From assembly GCF_006345805.1 (NCBI RefSeq), contig NC_043016.1, positions 20,274,001 to 20,338,000 of the forward strand: a stretch of 64,000 bases of DNA. The letters run 5' to 3'. How positions within the stretch are numbered: the first letter of the stretch is position 1; each line of letters opens with the position of its first letter. The stretch is from Octopus sinensis (taxonomy: Eukaryota). Under the pieces are notes generated by a model, which was not told the origin of the DNA, ran no database searches, and was given only the letters and a program-made list of their open reading frames with translations. Both the position numbers and the translations under genes were made by a program. This document shows positions 26,824 through 39,290 of this stretch, in pieces.

Positions 26824-28160
26824 TATGCTTGAGGAGACCTATTGAGTCAAGTACCTCAATATCAAATGGAAATTGTAGTTGTGATACCTGTGCCGGTGGC
26901 ACATAAAAAGCACCAACCAATTGTGGCCACTGCCAGCCTCCCCTGGCACCTGTGCCACTGGCATGCAAAAAGCGCCCACTATACTCATGGAGTGGTTGGC
27001 GTTAGGAAGGGCATCCAGCGGTAGAAACACTCATCATCATCATCATTGTTCGTCCGTGGTGAAGACAATGGAATTTACCATGCTACGCCAGACTTCACGG
27101 TCCATCATGGCATTATGGATGTCCTGTTGCTGGATGCCTGTATCCCTGGAGATTACATCAGGGTAGGAGAGTGTGCGCCCTCTGGTATTGCGAGTAGATG
27201 GCTTCTTTTTCAGCTCTACAACAATGTCCAGCAAACTGGACTCTTCTACCTTTCACAAGAGATGATACAGGTGGTAGTTTCCCATATATTTGCATTTTGG
27301 TTGGATGGTGCTTCCACGAGAGATTTTGAGCTCTCATAAGGAGGCAAGTGTAGGTTCCATCCAACCGCCTCTCAAGCTTCTTTGATAACGTCCAGGTTTC
27401 TGAGCCATATAGTAGAATTGGTTCGACTGTGGCTTTGAAGATTTCAAGTTTGAAGTCTCTACTTAGATTTGATGACCAGATCTTATGCATGTCATTACAG
27501 GCTGACCAGGCCATACCCTTTCTAGTTAGAAAGTCTTTTCCAGATGATGATATGTATGACCCAAGATATTTATAATCAGAAACCATATTTAAGGGCGCAT
27601 TGTTGAGAGTATGGATGATGCAATCACTGTTGGACAGGCACTTGTTTATGTATTCAGTTTTGGCCTCATTGAGGTAAAGACCTACACAATTTGAGGCTTG
27701 TTCAAGAGATTGTAAAAGAGACTGGGCATTGGAGAGAGAATCACTGATAAGAGTGATGTCGTCAGCAAAGTCAGTGTCTGTCAAGTACTCAGCTGGGTGT
27801 CTGGAACTTCTTCTTGGTTTTATTTCAAAGCCCTTGCCAGAGATGGTATCAACTGACATACGTAGCACATAATCAACAACAATGATGAAAAGAAATGGGG
27901 CGAGTGTGTCTCCCTGCAGTATTCCGGCTTTGATTGAGAAAGATGATGTTTCTCCGTCAGGGGTCATGATGGTTGAAGACGTATCTGTGTAGAGGACCTT
28001 GATGGCAGAAATGATTTTGTCTGGTATCCCATAGAGCTTAAGGATTTCAAACACTGCTAGATCAGACTGGAGCTTGGTGCAGCCTCCTGGCTTCCCAGAC
28101 CCCGGTTGAACTGTCCAACACATGCTAGCATGGAAAACGGATGTTAAATGATGATGATAT
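26824..28160 (+). mobile_element. RTE-3'-end-related non-autonomous element split by a LINE insertion
   Basis: GTGGTTGGCGTTAGGAAGGGCATCCAGC.GTAGAAACACT (to 27031) resumes at 28049 (AAACACTGCTAGATCAGACTGGAGC...) and ends in a (GAT)n tail. Matches the LINE 3' end at 39090-39281. Confidence 0.8.
27032..28048 (-). mobile_element. 5'-truncated RTE-clade LINE (RT C-terminal half)
   Basis: GILQGDTLAPFLF, DTDFADDI, YKYLGS, ILLYGSETWTL; (TGA)n tail; 7-bp TSD AAACACT at 27025-27031 and 28049-28055. Confidence 0.9.
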
Positions 28161-28786
28161 ATGTATGTGTGTTGTGTGTGTCAATTGCAATCAAACTATG
28201 GTGATGCGCTCCAGAAATGGCCATAGATGATGTGTTTAGTCTAATCTGAGTAACTTTACTCATGAATTATTATAGTCTGTGTGGATGTATTTTTTGATTC
28301 GAAGTATTTTACTCATGGATTCGAAGTATTTTACTCACATTGGTGTGAGTGAAGTAAAAAAAAAAACTTTTTAGTCGATTTATTCTTTATTTGTTTACTC
28401 ATTTTCTCAACTTTTCAACATGACACATTTTTAGTATTTTAAGTATTTTATAAATTTTTAGTTGCTTTTTGATGGGATGTTCCTATACATGTTTTTTTCA
28501 CATATATGTATATTTTTTTACCTTTGTTGGTTTTCTGTATTTGTATGTCTTATATATTTTATATTTTGATTTATATATTATGAAAGCCATGGTAATATTT
28601 ATTTATATATGATGCATGTTGGAGGTTTGATACCGTATATAAAGTTGCTAATTCATTTTAATGTTTGTTCTATGACCAATGTTTAATGATCCTTGTTTCA
28701 TTTATTTGAGCACTTCTTTTTTGCAGTCCTATTAACACTTTGTCTCTTTAGAAAGAAACTATATTATTTCTTGATGTATTATATAT

Positions 28787-28823
<37 letters not shown>

Positions 28824-28825
28824 CT

Positions 28826-29211
28826 CGGCGGCACGTAAAAAGCACCATTCAAGCATGATTGTTACTAGCTTCGCCTTACTGGCACTTGTGCTAGTGGCAT
28901 GTGAAAAAAAACATTCGAACGAGGTTGTTGCCAGTGCCGCTGGACTGGCTCCTGTGCAGGTGGCACATAAAAAACTCCATTTGAGCGTGGCTGCTGCCAG
29001 TACTGCCTAACTGGCCCTCATGCCGGTGACATGTAAAAGCACGCACTAACCTCTCAGAGTTGTTGGCATTAGGAAGGGCATCCAGCTGTAAAAACTCTGC
29101 CAGATCAAGATTGGAGCCTGGTGCAGCCATCTGGTTTGCCAGTCTTCAGTCAAATCGTCCAACCCATGCTAGCATGGAAAGCGGTCATTTAACGATGATG
29201 ATGATGATGAT
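28826..29211 (+). mobile_element. RTE-3'-end-related repeat
   Basis: Repeated GGCACRTAAAAAGCAC units, TTGGCATTAGGAAGGGCATCCAGC, (GAT)n tail. Confidence 0.75.
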
Positions 29212-29406
29212 ATATTACTGGTGAAGGCTGGTTTATAGGCTACCTTTATGGTGTATCTTCAGGCCCAAAGACCTGTTGGCCTATGGCCTCTTTAAAATTT
29301 GGAGGGGGAAATGATATAGATATAAAAGAGTGGGCTTCTTCTCTGGATTTATGCTATACTGGTTTTCCAGTTTATCATTGCATGTTTTATATATTTTAGT
29401 AATGTT

Positions 29407-29790
29407 CATCATCATCATCATCGTTTAACATCTGCTTTCCATGCTAGCATGGTTTGGACGATTTGACTGATGTCTGGCGAACCGGATGGCTGAACCAGAC
29501 TCCAATCTGATCTGGCAGAGTTTCTACAGTTGGATGCCCTTCCTAATGCCAACCACTCCGAGAGTGTAGTAGGTGCTTTTACGTGCCACCGGCATGAGGG
29601 CCAGTTAGGCGGTACTGGAAACGGTCACGTTCAAATGGTGCTTTTTATGTGCCACCTGCACAAGATCCAGTTCAGCGGCACTGGCAACGACCTCGCTCGA
29701 ATGTTTTTTCAAGTGCCATCAGCACAACTGGCAGTAAGGTGACACAGATAATGATCATGCTTGAATGGTGTTTCTGATGTGCCACCGGTA
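29407..29790 (-). mobile_element. RTE-3'-end-related repeat, inverted relative to 28826-29211
   Basis: (CAT)n followed by the reverse complement of the same body. Confidence 0.75.
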
Positions 29791-29952
29791 CATATATAGC
29801 TCTTCTTATACAGGTAAATCATTACATAATTTTTTATTTAAACTTAACTTTAAATTCTGTATATATGAGGATCTGTAAGTATTGAAACATTTGTAGTGAT
29901 TAAAAAGCTGCTTAACTGTACTTACTCTTCCATTTGACTCTTTTACTTTTTA

Positions 29953-29994
<42 letters not shown>

Positions 29995-30025
29995 CATGGT
30001 ATGTATGATTGTGTATAGAAGAATA

Positions 30026-30786
30026 TATTACTCAAAGAAATTCCAACTTCGATTTTCATGTTTTAATTATAATCTTATATATAAGATAATATAATATAAT
30101 GAAATGATAGAATATTAAATGGATCTTTTCGGTTTGAACGGTAGTTTTTAACATAATTTCTAGGTAACTAAAATATTTTAAACTTCGTATACTGGTAGAA
30201 TGTGTTTATAAAACATCATTTTCTCTTGGCTTTCTTGAGAAAATTCTATAGTTTGTAAAGTATTTCGTCTTTAATTTCTTGCATTTTGGCAATTTTAACC
30301 AATCACTGACGTCCATTTAGGTAAACAACATTCTGTGCCGTATGAATATGTCCTTGCTTTAAGAAACAGATTGGGTTTATTTACATTTGTGAAGAAACAA
30401 ATATACCCTTTCCCCCACCCATAACCCTAACTAACCCTAAATCTAAAATAGAATGAAATGCAATAGATCGATACTAGGCTCATAATTATGGGTGACAATT
30501 TCATATGACACCGCTAGAGAAAATGGCATTCTGAAGCCTATTTAAATGTATTTAAGGCACACATTTTAGTCATCTCGCTACAGTTGTAAATTGTAAGACA
30601 TAACTGTCACCTCTACTATATAAACCTGAAAATTGCATAGTTTAATGCATGAAAGTACTAGTTCAATCAGAATGGACATTCAATATTCTATCATTTCATT
30701 ATATTATATTATCTTATAGTATATTTTTATGAGATTGTAAATAAAACATGAAAATCAGACAAAGTTGGAATCTTTTTGAGTAATAT
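30026..30786. repeat. Inverted-repeat element containing a nested MITE-like insertion (about 30121-30535)
   Basis: 30026-30120 is the reverse complement of about 30678-30786 (TATTACTCAAA.. / ..TTTGAGTAATA; GAAATGATAGAATATT / AATATTCTATCATTTC). The inner segment begins GGATCTTTTCGGTTTGAACGG and contains CCCTAA-like units. Confidence 0.6.
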
Positions 30787-30836
30787 ATCTATATACACAC
30801 ACATATATACATAAACACACACATACATCCATTTTT

Positions 30837-32093
30837 ACACAAGGTGATCAAGTTAAATTTGACAGTTTGCAAAAAAGGAAAAGAAAACAATATTCTATCC
30901 AAAAATATAAATATATTAAAAAATCAAAATGTATCAACTAGACTATAGCTGGGAGATAAGCGTTTACTTAAGAAGCGACCCTCAGATTCCACCATGGCCT
31001 CAAGACAGCTCCAGAACCTGGGACATGCATTCCTCATTGTGTCCCTGAGAAGATCTTTGAGCATCTTCGTCATCTTGGCCACCATCTCAGCCTTGATGCT
31101 GCAGACAGAGTGGTTGGTGTCTTTCTCATCCATGCCCCCCACACAGTAATCTATATGATTATAATTGGAGGAATTAGGAGACCAGAAATTGGGGCTAGTG
31201 AAATTGTAGAAATTCTCCAACAACCACTTCTGGCTCTCTCTGGAGGTATGGTAAGGAGTTGAATCCTGCTGCAATAACTGTCTCCAGCCAGGGTTTGACC
31301 ACAGTCTTCAGCACCTTCACATACTGTCTGCATTGATCCTAAAGCTCTGTTCACAGATGTGGTGCAGCATGACATCTTCACAGATGACACACCCAAAGAC
31401 TACCACAGATTAAGGGGAACATAGTTTGCATGATAGGTGGGATATGGATTGTAGGTAAACCACCTACAGATGTTGTGCAACTGGTCCTAGTAGAATTTCT
31501 TTTCATCTGAGAAGTTTCAGGTCATCTCCAGATGAACAGCATGCCTCAGCTTCTTTGCCTTCATCAAGTATTTCTTCTTGACCTTGGCTGTCAGAATTTG
31601 TCCCTTGAACCCCTTGTACAAGTGGTTCTCATTCAGAATCAGCTTCATAGTGGTGACACCAACATCCATCCCTCTTGCCAAAGCTTAAAGGATATTCTTG
31701 CTTGGATCTGCTATCATCTTATCCTGCAGTTGGTTGAATTCCAGTGTGCAGATATAGTCAGAATGCTTGCGCTGTCTCTTCCTGCTGGTCAAGGCTTTGT
31801 AGTCTCCATTGCAACTATCCATGCCACATCTTACAGCCTTTGTAGTATTCCCAGAGCACAGAGCATCAATCATGATGTCTTTTTGATACCTAGTGTGAAC
31901 CATCATGATACAGGTAACTCTTTTCCAATATTCAGATGGCTTCCAGTCCTCCATGTCGGCTAACTTTTCCCCAACTACAACTTTAATCTTTATGCTCTCC
32001 AGTGCTACTGACTGTTTACCAATACATCAAGCTGTTCCTGGAACAAAAAAAGGAAACATAAACATCGTCAATTTAGCCCAAATGGCCTATATA
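30837..32093 (-). mobile_element. Decayed Tc1/mariner-superfamily transposon (probably DD37D/maT-like)
   Basis: QQDSTPYHTSRESQKWLLENF...FWSPNSSNYNHIDY matches the QQD.AP.H and WPP.SPDLNP.DY motifs. About 1.26 kb long with degenerate TIRs flanked by TA. Confidence 0.75.
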
Positions 32094-32112
32094 CAGCAAC
32101 AACAGTTAAAGT

Positions 32113-32695
32113 GAGGAAAAGAGAAATTCAAATTGATGTTATGAATGTTTCAGTAACCAAACATTTTATATTCTGTACCACATATATTAATATATAATAA
32201 ATATATTTAACATGCCTTAAAATAAAATAAAATAAAATAATAATTATTATTGTTCATTTACCTTGTCAGATATCATTATTTGACACAAGCAACTTAAAAG
32301 ATAAATATGCAATGGAATATAGATTTAGAACACCTCATAAATATATGTTAACCCCATTCAAACAAATGAGATAATCCTCCATGAGTGAATTCCTAAGCAT
32401 TTGAAATGCCAAAAGGATATATGTTAACTGACCAATAGAAAATAAAAAACAAAATTCATTTGGATCTTTTTAAAGATCAAAACATATACAAAGTCTTTCT
32501 TATGACACATCAAATTCACCTCCTTAAACATGAAAGAGTAAAATGTCATTTAATTTCCACTATATACATCTATATATATAGACACACTTATGTTATCATG
32601 TAATATACACACAAACAAAAAACTAAAATATACAAGTGTGAATATATGTAAAATCATTTAAAAGCATACAGTTACCTCGTTAATACTTATACTCA
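32113..32695. repeat. Local direct duplication, copy A (copy B at 35740-36400)
   Basis: About 580 bp of highly similar non-TE-looking sequence, e.g. GCAACTTAAAAGATAAATATGCAATGGAATATAGATTTAGAACACCTCATAAATATATGTTAAC in both copies. Confidence 0.9.
32262..32292 (-). CDS. Candidate 31-nt WDR20 C-terminal micro-exon, copy A (LLVSNNDI*)
   Basis: TTTATCTTTTAAG|TTG CTT GTG TCA AAT AAT GAT ATC TGA CAAG|GTAAAT; phase compatible with the donor at 42308. Confidence 0.35.
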
Positions 32696-33159
32696 AATAT
32701 CTATATTTAAGCATATATGCATGCATATAGACATACATGCACAAACACACACACACTCAGTCACTCACTCATGAAGAGTTTCCCTTTATAATCAATCTAT
32801 TGGAGTTTAATTTAATGTTTATTCAGTTAACTGAATACTATGTTAAGCAGTTTCTAACAGGGATTATAATTATCTCTGCAAATTTTATATTCATATATAT
32901 ATATATATTATGTAGCCATTGATTATGTCTGGCCAGAAAGTTACCATTGGTTTCACATCTATAGACAAATCATCAGACCTGCTGGCTGGAGGCACATAAT
33001 CTTTACTAATGGTGGTAAGAATATAGTATTCGTCAGCAAAGGTGTGAAAAATAAAAACCCTGAAATGAAATTCTTCAAAGCAAAAACTCCTTCTGGGTGA
33101 GATTCAAGTGTTATCTAAAAATGATCAGTTTATGTACAATTTCCATTCACTAGTTAGGA

Positions 33160-33612
33160 AATGGGTAAGTCTATATCTCCAACAAGAATTTTCTTTCATG
33201 AGGGCACAAACTAAAAACTACACTTTTGGAATTTAAGAAAACTTTCAGATCAAGGGATTTTATTAAGATCTTTACCCTGTTGAGGTATAATGGTCCAGGC
33301 TGTTCATGGAGCTTCCATTTAAACTTGCATGGCATTTCCTCTACTTTAAATGCCATATATTTAGCCAATTACATATGGTATTTAAAAGAAGGGGAAATGC
33401 CATACACAATTAAGTGGAAGCTCTTAGAACAGCTGGAACCATATCTCAATGGGAGAAGATAATACAAACTTCGCTTGGTCAAGAGGACATGGATCTTAAA
33501 AAATTCACCTGATCCAGGGACCTTCTTGAATTCCAAAAGTGAAGTGTTTAGTTGATGCTCTCGTGCCCTCATGAGGGAAAGTTCTTGTTGGAAAAATGGA
33601 CTTCCTCACTTG
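33160..33612. mobile_element. Two inverted PLE endonuclease C-terminal fragments reading outward
   Basis: Minus arm FKWKLHEQ...FLNSKSVVFSLCPHERKFLLE; plus arm LANYIWYLKEGEMPYTIKWKLLEQ...FLNSKSEVFS; centre near 33365. Confidence 0.65.
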
Positions 33613-33904
33613 CTGATTAGTAAATGGAAAATGTATATAAACTGCCCCTTTTCTGACAAAATTGGAACAGCTTTAAGGGAGATAACACCACCATCTCACC
33701 CAGAAGGTATTTTTGCTCTGAAGAATTGACAACAAAGTGGCCAAGTTCCTCTTGAGCATTGGGCCTGATGGAGTCAAAGTGGCTGAGTTCTTTTTGAGCA
33801 TTGGGCCTCATGGAGGTGAGGTGGCTGAGTTCCCTTCAAGTGTTGGGTCTCACAGGGGCAAGGTGACTGATTTCCTTTTGAGTGTTGGGCTTCATAGAGA
33901 TAAT

Positions 33905-34196
33905 GGCATTATGTCATGCTTGAGAAGAAGACGCATCAAAACAAGCAAAATTGCAGTTGTAACAGATACCAGTGTCATGCAAATTGGCACCCATGTCGGT
34001 GACACATAAACACACCGGTGTCACACACATGGAAGCACACATTACACTCATAGAGTGGTTGGCGTTAGGAAAGGCATCCAGCCATAGAAAACCATGCCAA
34101 ATCAAAGTGGAGTCTGATGCAGCCTTTCAGCGTGCCAGCCCAGTTAAACCATCCAATCCATGCAAGCACGAACAACAAACATTGAATGATGATGAT
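33905..34196 (+). mobile_element. RTE-3'-end-related repeat, decayed
   Basis: GAGTGGTTGGCGTTAGGAAAGGCATCCAGCC and a (GAT)n tail. Confidence 0.7.
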
Positions 34197-34670
34197 GTAT
34201 ACATATGTATATGCATTCAATCACATCTGCATAAATACGTGTGTATGTGTGTGTGTGTATGCGCACGCGTTCATGCAAGTATGAAAATGTGTATTCAATT
34301 ATTCATTTAACACTTGTTTTCCTGTGCCAGCTTGGAGGAGATACAATGGTTTGGAGCAGGATTTTATAGACATTGTGTTGGATGAGATTCTATCAATAAA
34401 ATCCTGCTCCAAAGCAATTCAGTCATATATATATGTATGAGATGAGTGTTTGTGTTTTGTGTGTATGTGTATATATCTTCTATCTTTTATTAGTTATTGT
34501 AGTGTGGCACCACCTTGAAGGTTTTATTCTTGTCAAATGGATCAATCTCAGTAATGGTTATTTAAGCCTGGTATTTATTTTATCAGCCAAATGGCTGTCT
34601 TACAGTGATGCAAACAACACTGATTGTCAAGCTGTGATGGGGGACAAATACAAACACAAAATGCACACAC

Positions 34671-34733
<63 letters not shown>

Positions 34734-34915
34734 TGTGTCTGTGTTTGTCCCCCTAGCATTGCTTGACAACCGATGCTGGTGTGTTTACGTCCCCGTCACT
34801 TAGCGGTTCGGCAAAAAGAGACCGATAGAATAAGTACTGGGCTTACAAAGAATGCATGGCCGCAATCAAATGACTCAAACAAGTAAAAGAGTAAAAGAAT
34901 ATATATATATATATA

Positions 34916-35126
34916 CAGTAATCCCTCGCCAGTTGTGGTTCACTTATTGTGGTTTATTATTTAAGCATATGTTGATTCCTTTGTGGTGTTGCCTTGCATT
35001 TATAATAAAATAGATATATACAAAATAATAAAATATATATAGTACAGTACTGTTTCTACTTTGTGGATTTTCACCTATTGCGGAGAGTTTTGATATGTAA
35101 CACTTGCAATAGTCGAGGAATTACTG
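34916..35126. mobile_element. Tc1/mariner (pogo/Tigger-like) MITE
   Basis: TIRs CAGTAATCCCTCG / CGAGGAATTACTG flanked by TA on both sides. Confidence 0.8.
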
Positions 35127-35739
35127 TATATATAACAGGCTTCTTTCAGTGTCTGTCTAACAAATCCACTCACAAGGCTGTCGTCAGCTTGGGGCTAAAG
35201 TTGAAAATAATTGTCCAAGGTGTCATGCAGTGGGACTCAATCCAAAACCATGTAGTTGGGAAGCAAATTTCTCACCACACAACCACAGTATTTAAGAGCA
35301 CAGTTGATGATAACTTGTTAAATACCAGGATGTTATTATAGAGAAGTTAATCCAGGTGGAGCCAACCAACAGCTATGTACATAATCAGGTAAAATGAACT
35401 TATAGAGCAATATATTTTGAATAAAAGTAGAAAAGAGTTTATTTCATACAGTTCACACTAAATTGTACTCAATAGTTGTGTCATTAGCCTATATATGTGT
35501 AACAGATGTGAACACACACAGAATTTGAAGGGATAATTGTAAATCCAAGCTTTCACCTTGTTAGCATTTCATGTAAGAAACTGGTTAACATAGTTTCCAG
35601 TTAACAGAATAAACATCAGTTAAACTCCAATAGATTATAAAGGGAAGCACTTTGCAAATCTGAAGTATAGTCAAATAGGCATAAGATATGCTTTGCTGAG
35701 TGTAATAATAATTAAGATGAGTATAATAATAATTAAGAT

Positions 35740-36400
35740 GAGGAAAAGAGAAATGCAAATCAATGTTACAATGTTTCAGTAAGCAAGCATTATATATTCT
35801 GTACCACATATATTGATATGCAATAAAATAAAATATAATTATAATTATTATTGTTCATTTACCTTGTCAGACATCATTATTTGACAAAAGCAACTTAAAA
35901 GATAAATATGCAATGGAATATAGATTTAGAACACCTCATAAATATATGTTAACTCCATTCAAACAAATGAGATAATCCTTCATGAGTGAATTGCTAAGCA
36001 TTTGAAATGCCAAAAGGATATATGTTAACTGACCAATAGAAAAAAAAAACAAAATTCATTTACATCTTTTTAAAAGTCTTTCTTATGACACATCAAATTA
36101 ATCTCCTTAAACATGAAAGAGTAAAATGTCATTTAATTTCCACTATATACATATATATATATATATATATAATATATATATATATATAGACACACTTATG
36201 TTATCATGTAATATACACACAAACACTTTCCCACTTTCTTTACAAACATTTATCTATATTGTGCTGTCTTCAATATTGCAGATAAAATAGTGTATAAATA
36301 AATATATATAAATATACAAACACAAGCTAAAATATACATGTGTGAATATATACAAAACCATAGCTACGTATAAACAGTTACCTCGTTCATATTTATGCAC
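35740..36400. repeat. Local direct duplication, copy B
   Basis: Matches 32113-32695; its right end abuts the RTE LINE. Confidence 0.9.
35863..35893 (-). CDS. Candidate 31-nt WDR20 C-terminal micro-exon, copy B (LLLSNNDV*)
   Basis: TTTATCTTTTAAG|TTG CTT TTG TCA AAT AAT GAT GTC TGA CAAG|GTAAAT. Confidence 0.35.
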
Positions 36401-39281
36401 TAGACTGCTGGAATTCTGTGATGCATGTAACCTTTCAATCTGCAACACTAACTTCAAGAAGCCAGTCTGCCACCTTATAACTTATCAGTCAGGAGACTCC
36501 GCTAGCCAAATAGACTTCATCCTCACCAGACAACGGGATGCAGGGTTGCTCTTGAATACAAAGATCCTCCGGGTGAAGAATGTATCCCTCAGCATAGACT
36601 AATCATCAGTGACTTTAAGCTTGAGGCCAGAAGGACTCCAAGAAACAAACCAATCCAGAAAAGAAGGATTTGGAGGCTAAAGAACCCTTCGCATGGTCAG
36701 AAATTTAGGGACATACTCATCAAGAAATTTGATGAGAGGGAGGAGGAGCTTCAGACGTCAGACATAGAAGGTAGCTGGGAATTCCTACGGGACAGCTTGT
36801 TGAGTGCCACAGACCAAGTCTGTGGATGGTGCAAAGTCCTTCCAGACCAAGAATTACGTGGTGGTGGAATAGTGCAGTAGATAAAGCCATCTGTGAAAAG
36901 AGACGGGCCTGGAAAGCCTGGAAGGATGGGGGCAGCAGGGAACTGTACCAGATAGCCAAAAGGGAGGCTGGGCGGCAGGTATACATTGCCAAAGATGTAG
37001 CAGAAAAGAAGAAGTTTGCCAATGTCCAGCGTCGCGAGGATCAAAGAGCTGAAGTATTTCGGATTGCCAGACAGTGTGTCAGAGAAAATAGCGATGTTAT
37101 AGGAGAGAAATGTGTCCGCATGGATGATGGGGCACTTGCTTTTACTACTAGTGAAAAGAAAGAGGCTTGGAGAAGCCATTATGAAAGACTGCTGAATGAG
37201 GAGAATGAATGGGAGGAGGAGAGCCTGCCAAATGTTGACCCAGTAGAGGGACCAGCTACCCGAATAGACAGCTCCCTTGTAGATAAGGCAATTAAGGATA
37301 TGAAACCAAGCAAAGCCCCTGGCCTATCAGGAATCACTGCTGAGATGCTTAAAACAGCTGGCTATGTGGGCTATGCCATAGTCACCCGCATTGTAAACCA
37401 GGTAGTTCACAATGGAGTCATACCCAATGACTGGTGCAGCAGCACCATAGTCAACTGCTACAAGGGTAAGGGTGATGCTCTAGATAGAAATAACTACAGA
37501 GGTATCAAACTGTTGGACCAGGTGATGAAGGTCTCAGAGAAGGTCATAACCAATCTCATTAGGGAGAGAATTTGTTTAGATGAAATGCAGTTCGGTTTTG
37601 TACCAGGTAGAAGCACCACTGATGCTATATTCCTGGTCCGACAACTGCAGGAGAAGTACCTAGCTAAAGATAAACCCCTCTACATAGCTTTTGTAGACTT
37701 GGAGAAAGCCTTTGACAGGGTTCCCCGTTCCCTTATCTGGTGGTCGATGCGGAAACTGGAGATTGAAGAATGGCTAATAAGGGCTGTACAGGCTCTATAC
37801 AGAGAGGCTGTCAGCAAGGTTAGGATTGGCAACGAATATAGTGAAGAATTCTGGGTAGAAGTAGGTGTGCACCAGGGCTCAGCCTTCAGTCCCCTTTTAT
37901 TCATCATAGTCCTTCAGGCAATAACAGAGGAATTCAAAACGGGATGCCCCTAGGAGCTCCTCTATGCCGATGACCTAGCTCTCATAGCAGAATCACTACC
38001 GGAACTAGAAGAGAAATTTCGGGTGTGGAAGCAAGGGTTGGAATCAAAGGGCCTTAGAATAAATGTAGCAAAGACCAAAGTATTAGTAAGCAGCAAGAGG
38101 TACTCAGCACACATCCCCTCGGGTAGGTGGCCCTGCTCAACCTGTAGGAAAGGTACAGGTAGAAACTCCATAAGATGCACCCAATGTAAGTTATGGACAC
38201 ATAAGAGGTGCAGCAACATTAAAGGGAAATTAACAGATAAGATAGCTTTCATGTGCGGCAGATGCACAGGGACAATAGACACAACAGACACTCAGAAAAC
38301 AGATTCCATCACACTCCAGGGAGAGAAACTAGAAGTAGTTGATAGTTTCCGCTACCTGGGTGACCAAGTTAGTAGCGGAGGTGGATGCACAGAGAGTATC
38401 ACCACTAGAATACGAATAGCCTGGGCAAAGTTCAGAAAGCTCCTACCCCTACTGGCAACAAAAGGTCTCTCCCTCAGAGCAAAAGGTAGATTGTATGATG
38501 CATGTGTGCGAACTGCCATGCTTCACGGTAATGAAACATGGGCTGTGACTGCAGAAGACATGCGTAGACTTGAAAGAAATGAAGCTAGCATGATCCGCTG
38601 GATGTGTAGTGTCAGTGTGAACGCAAAACAGAGTGTAAGTATCCTGAGAGAAATGCTGGATATAAGAAGCATCAGATGTGGTGTGCAAGAGTGACGCTTG
38701 CGATGGTATGGTCATGTGCTGCGGATGGATGAAGAGAGATGTGTGAAGAAGTGCCACTCCCAAACAGTTGAAGGTATCAGGGGGAGAGGTAGACCCAGGA
38801 AGACATGGGATGAGGTGGTCAAGCATGACCTCAGAGCATTGGGCCTCACTGAGGCAATGGCGAAGGACCGAGATCTCTGGAGATATGCTGTGACTACAAA
38901 GACCCGGGCTGCTTTCTGCAGCAATTCCACATACCCCCTACCCATTCTAAGTACCCCGGATCCCCAAAGTACCCTGGATCCCCAAAGTACCCCGATCCCC
39001 AAAGTACCCCGGACCTCGTTGCCCCCGTGCCGCTGACACGTTAAAATGCTCGAACCGATCGTGACGATGCCGGACCCTCCGGCCCCTGTGCAGGTGGCAC
39101 GTAAAAAGCACCCAATCCACTCACGGAGTGGTTGGCGTTAGGAAGGGCATCCAGCCGTAGAAACTCTGCCAGATTCAGACTGGAGCCTGGAGCGGCCCCT
39201 GGCTTCCCAGACCCGGTCGAACCGTCCAACCCGTGCTAGCGCGGAAAGCGGACGTTAAACGATGATGATGATGATGATGAT
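36401..39281 (+). mobile_element. Young 5'-truncated RTE-clade LINE (end of APE endonuclease, RT, PHD-like zinc finger), pseudogenised
   Basis: SQIDFILTR (APE), NYRGIKLL, QFGFVPGRST, FVDLEKAFDRV, GVHQGSAFSPLLF, LLYADDL, Cys/His cluster, YLGD, LRWYGHV. In-frame stops at 37951 and 38692, frameshifts near 36570 and 36830, (GAT)n tail. Confidence 0.95.
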
Positions 39282-39290
39282 ATATATAAG

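Noticed and set aside
30415-30445. CCCTAA units as an interstitial telomere
   Set aside because: Only two or three imperfect units, internal to a MITE-like repeat.
38948-39012. Short direct repeats (AAGTACCCC.GATCCCCA) resembling a CRISPR array
   Set aside because: Contiguous tandem repeats without spacers inside a LINE 3' region in eukaryotic DNA.
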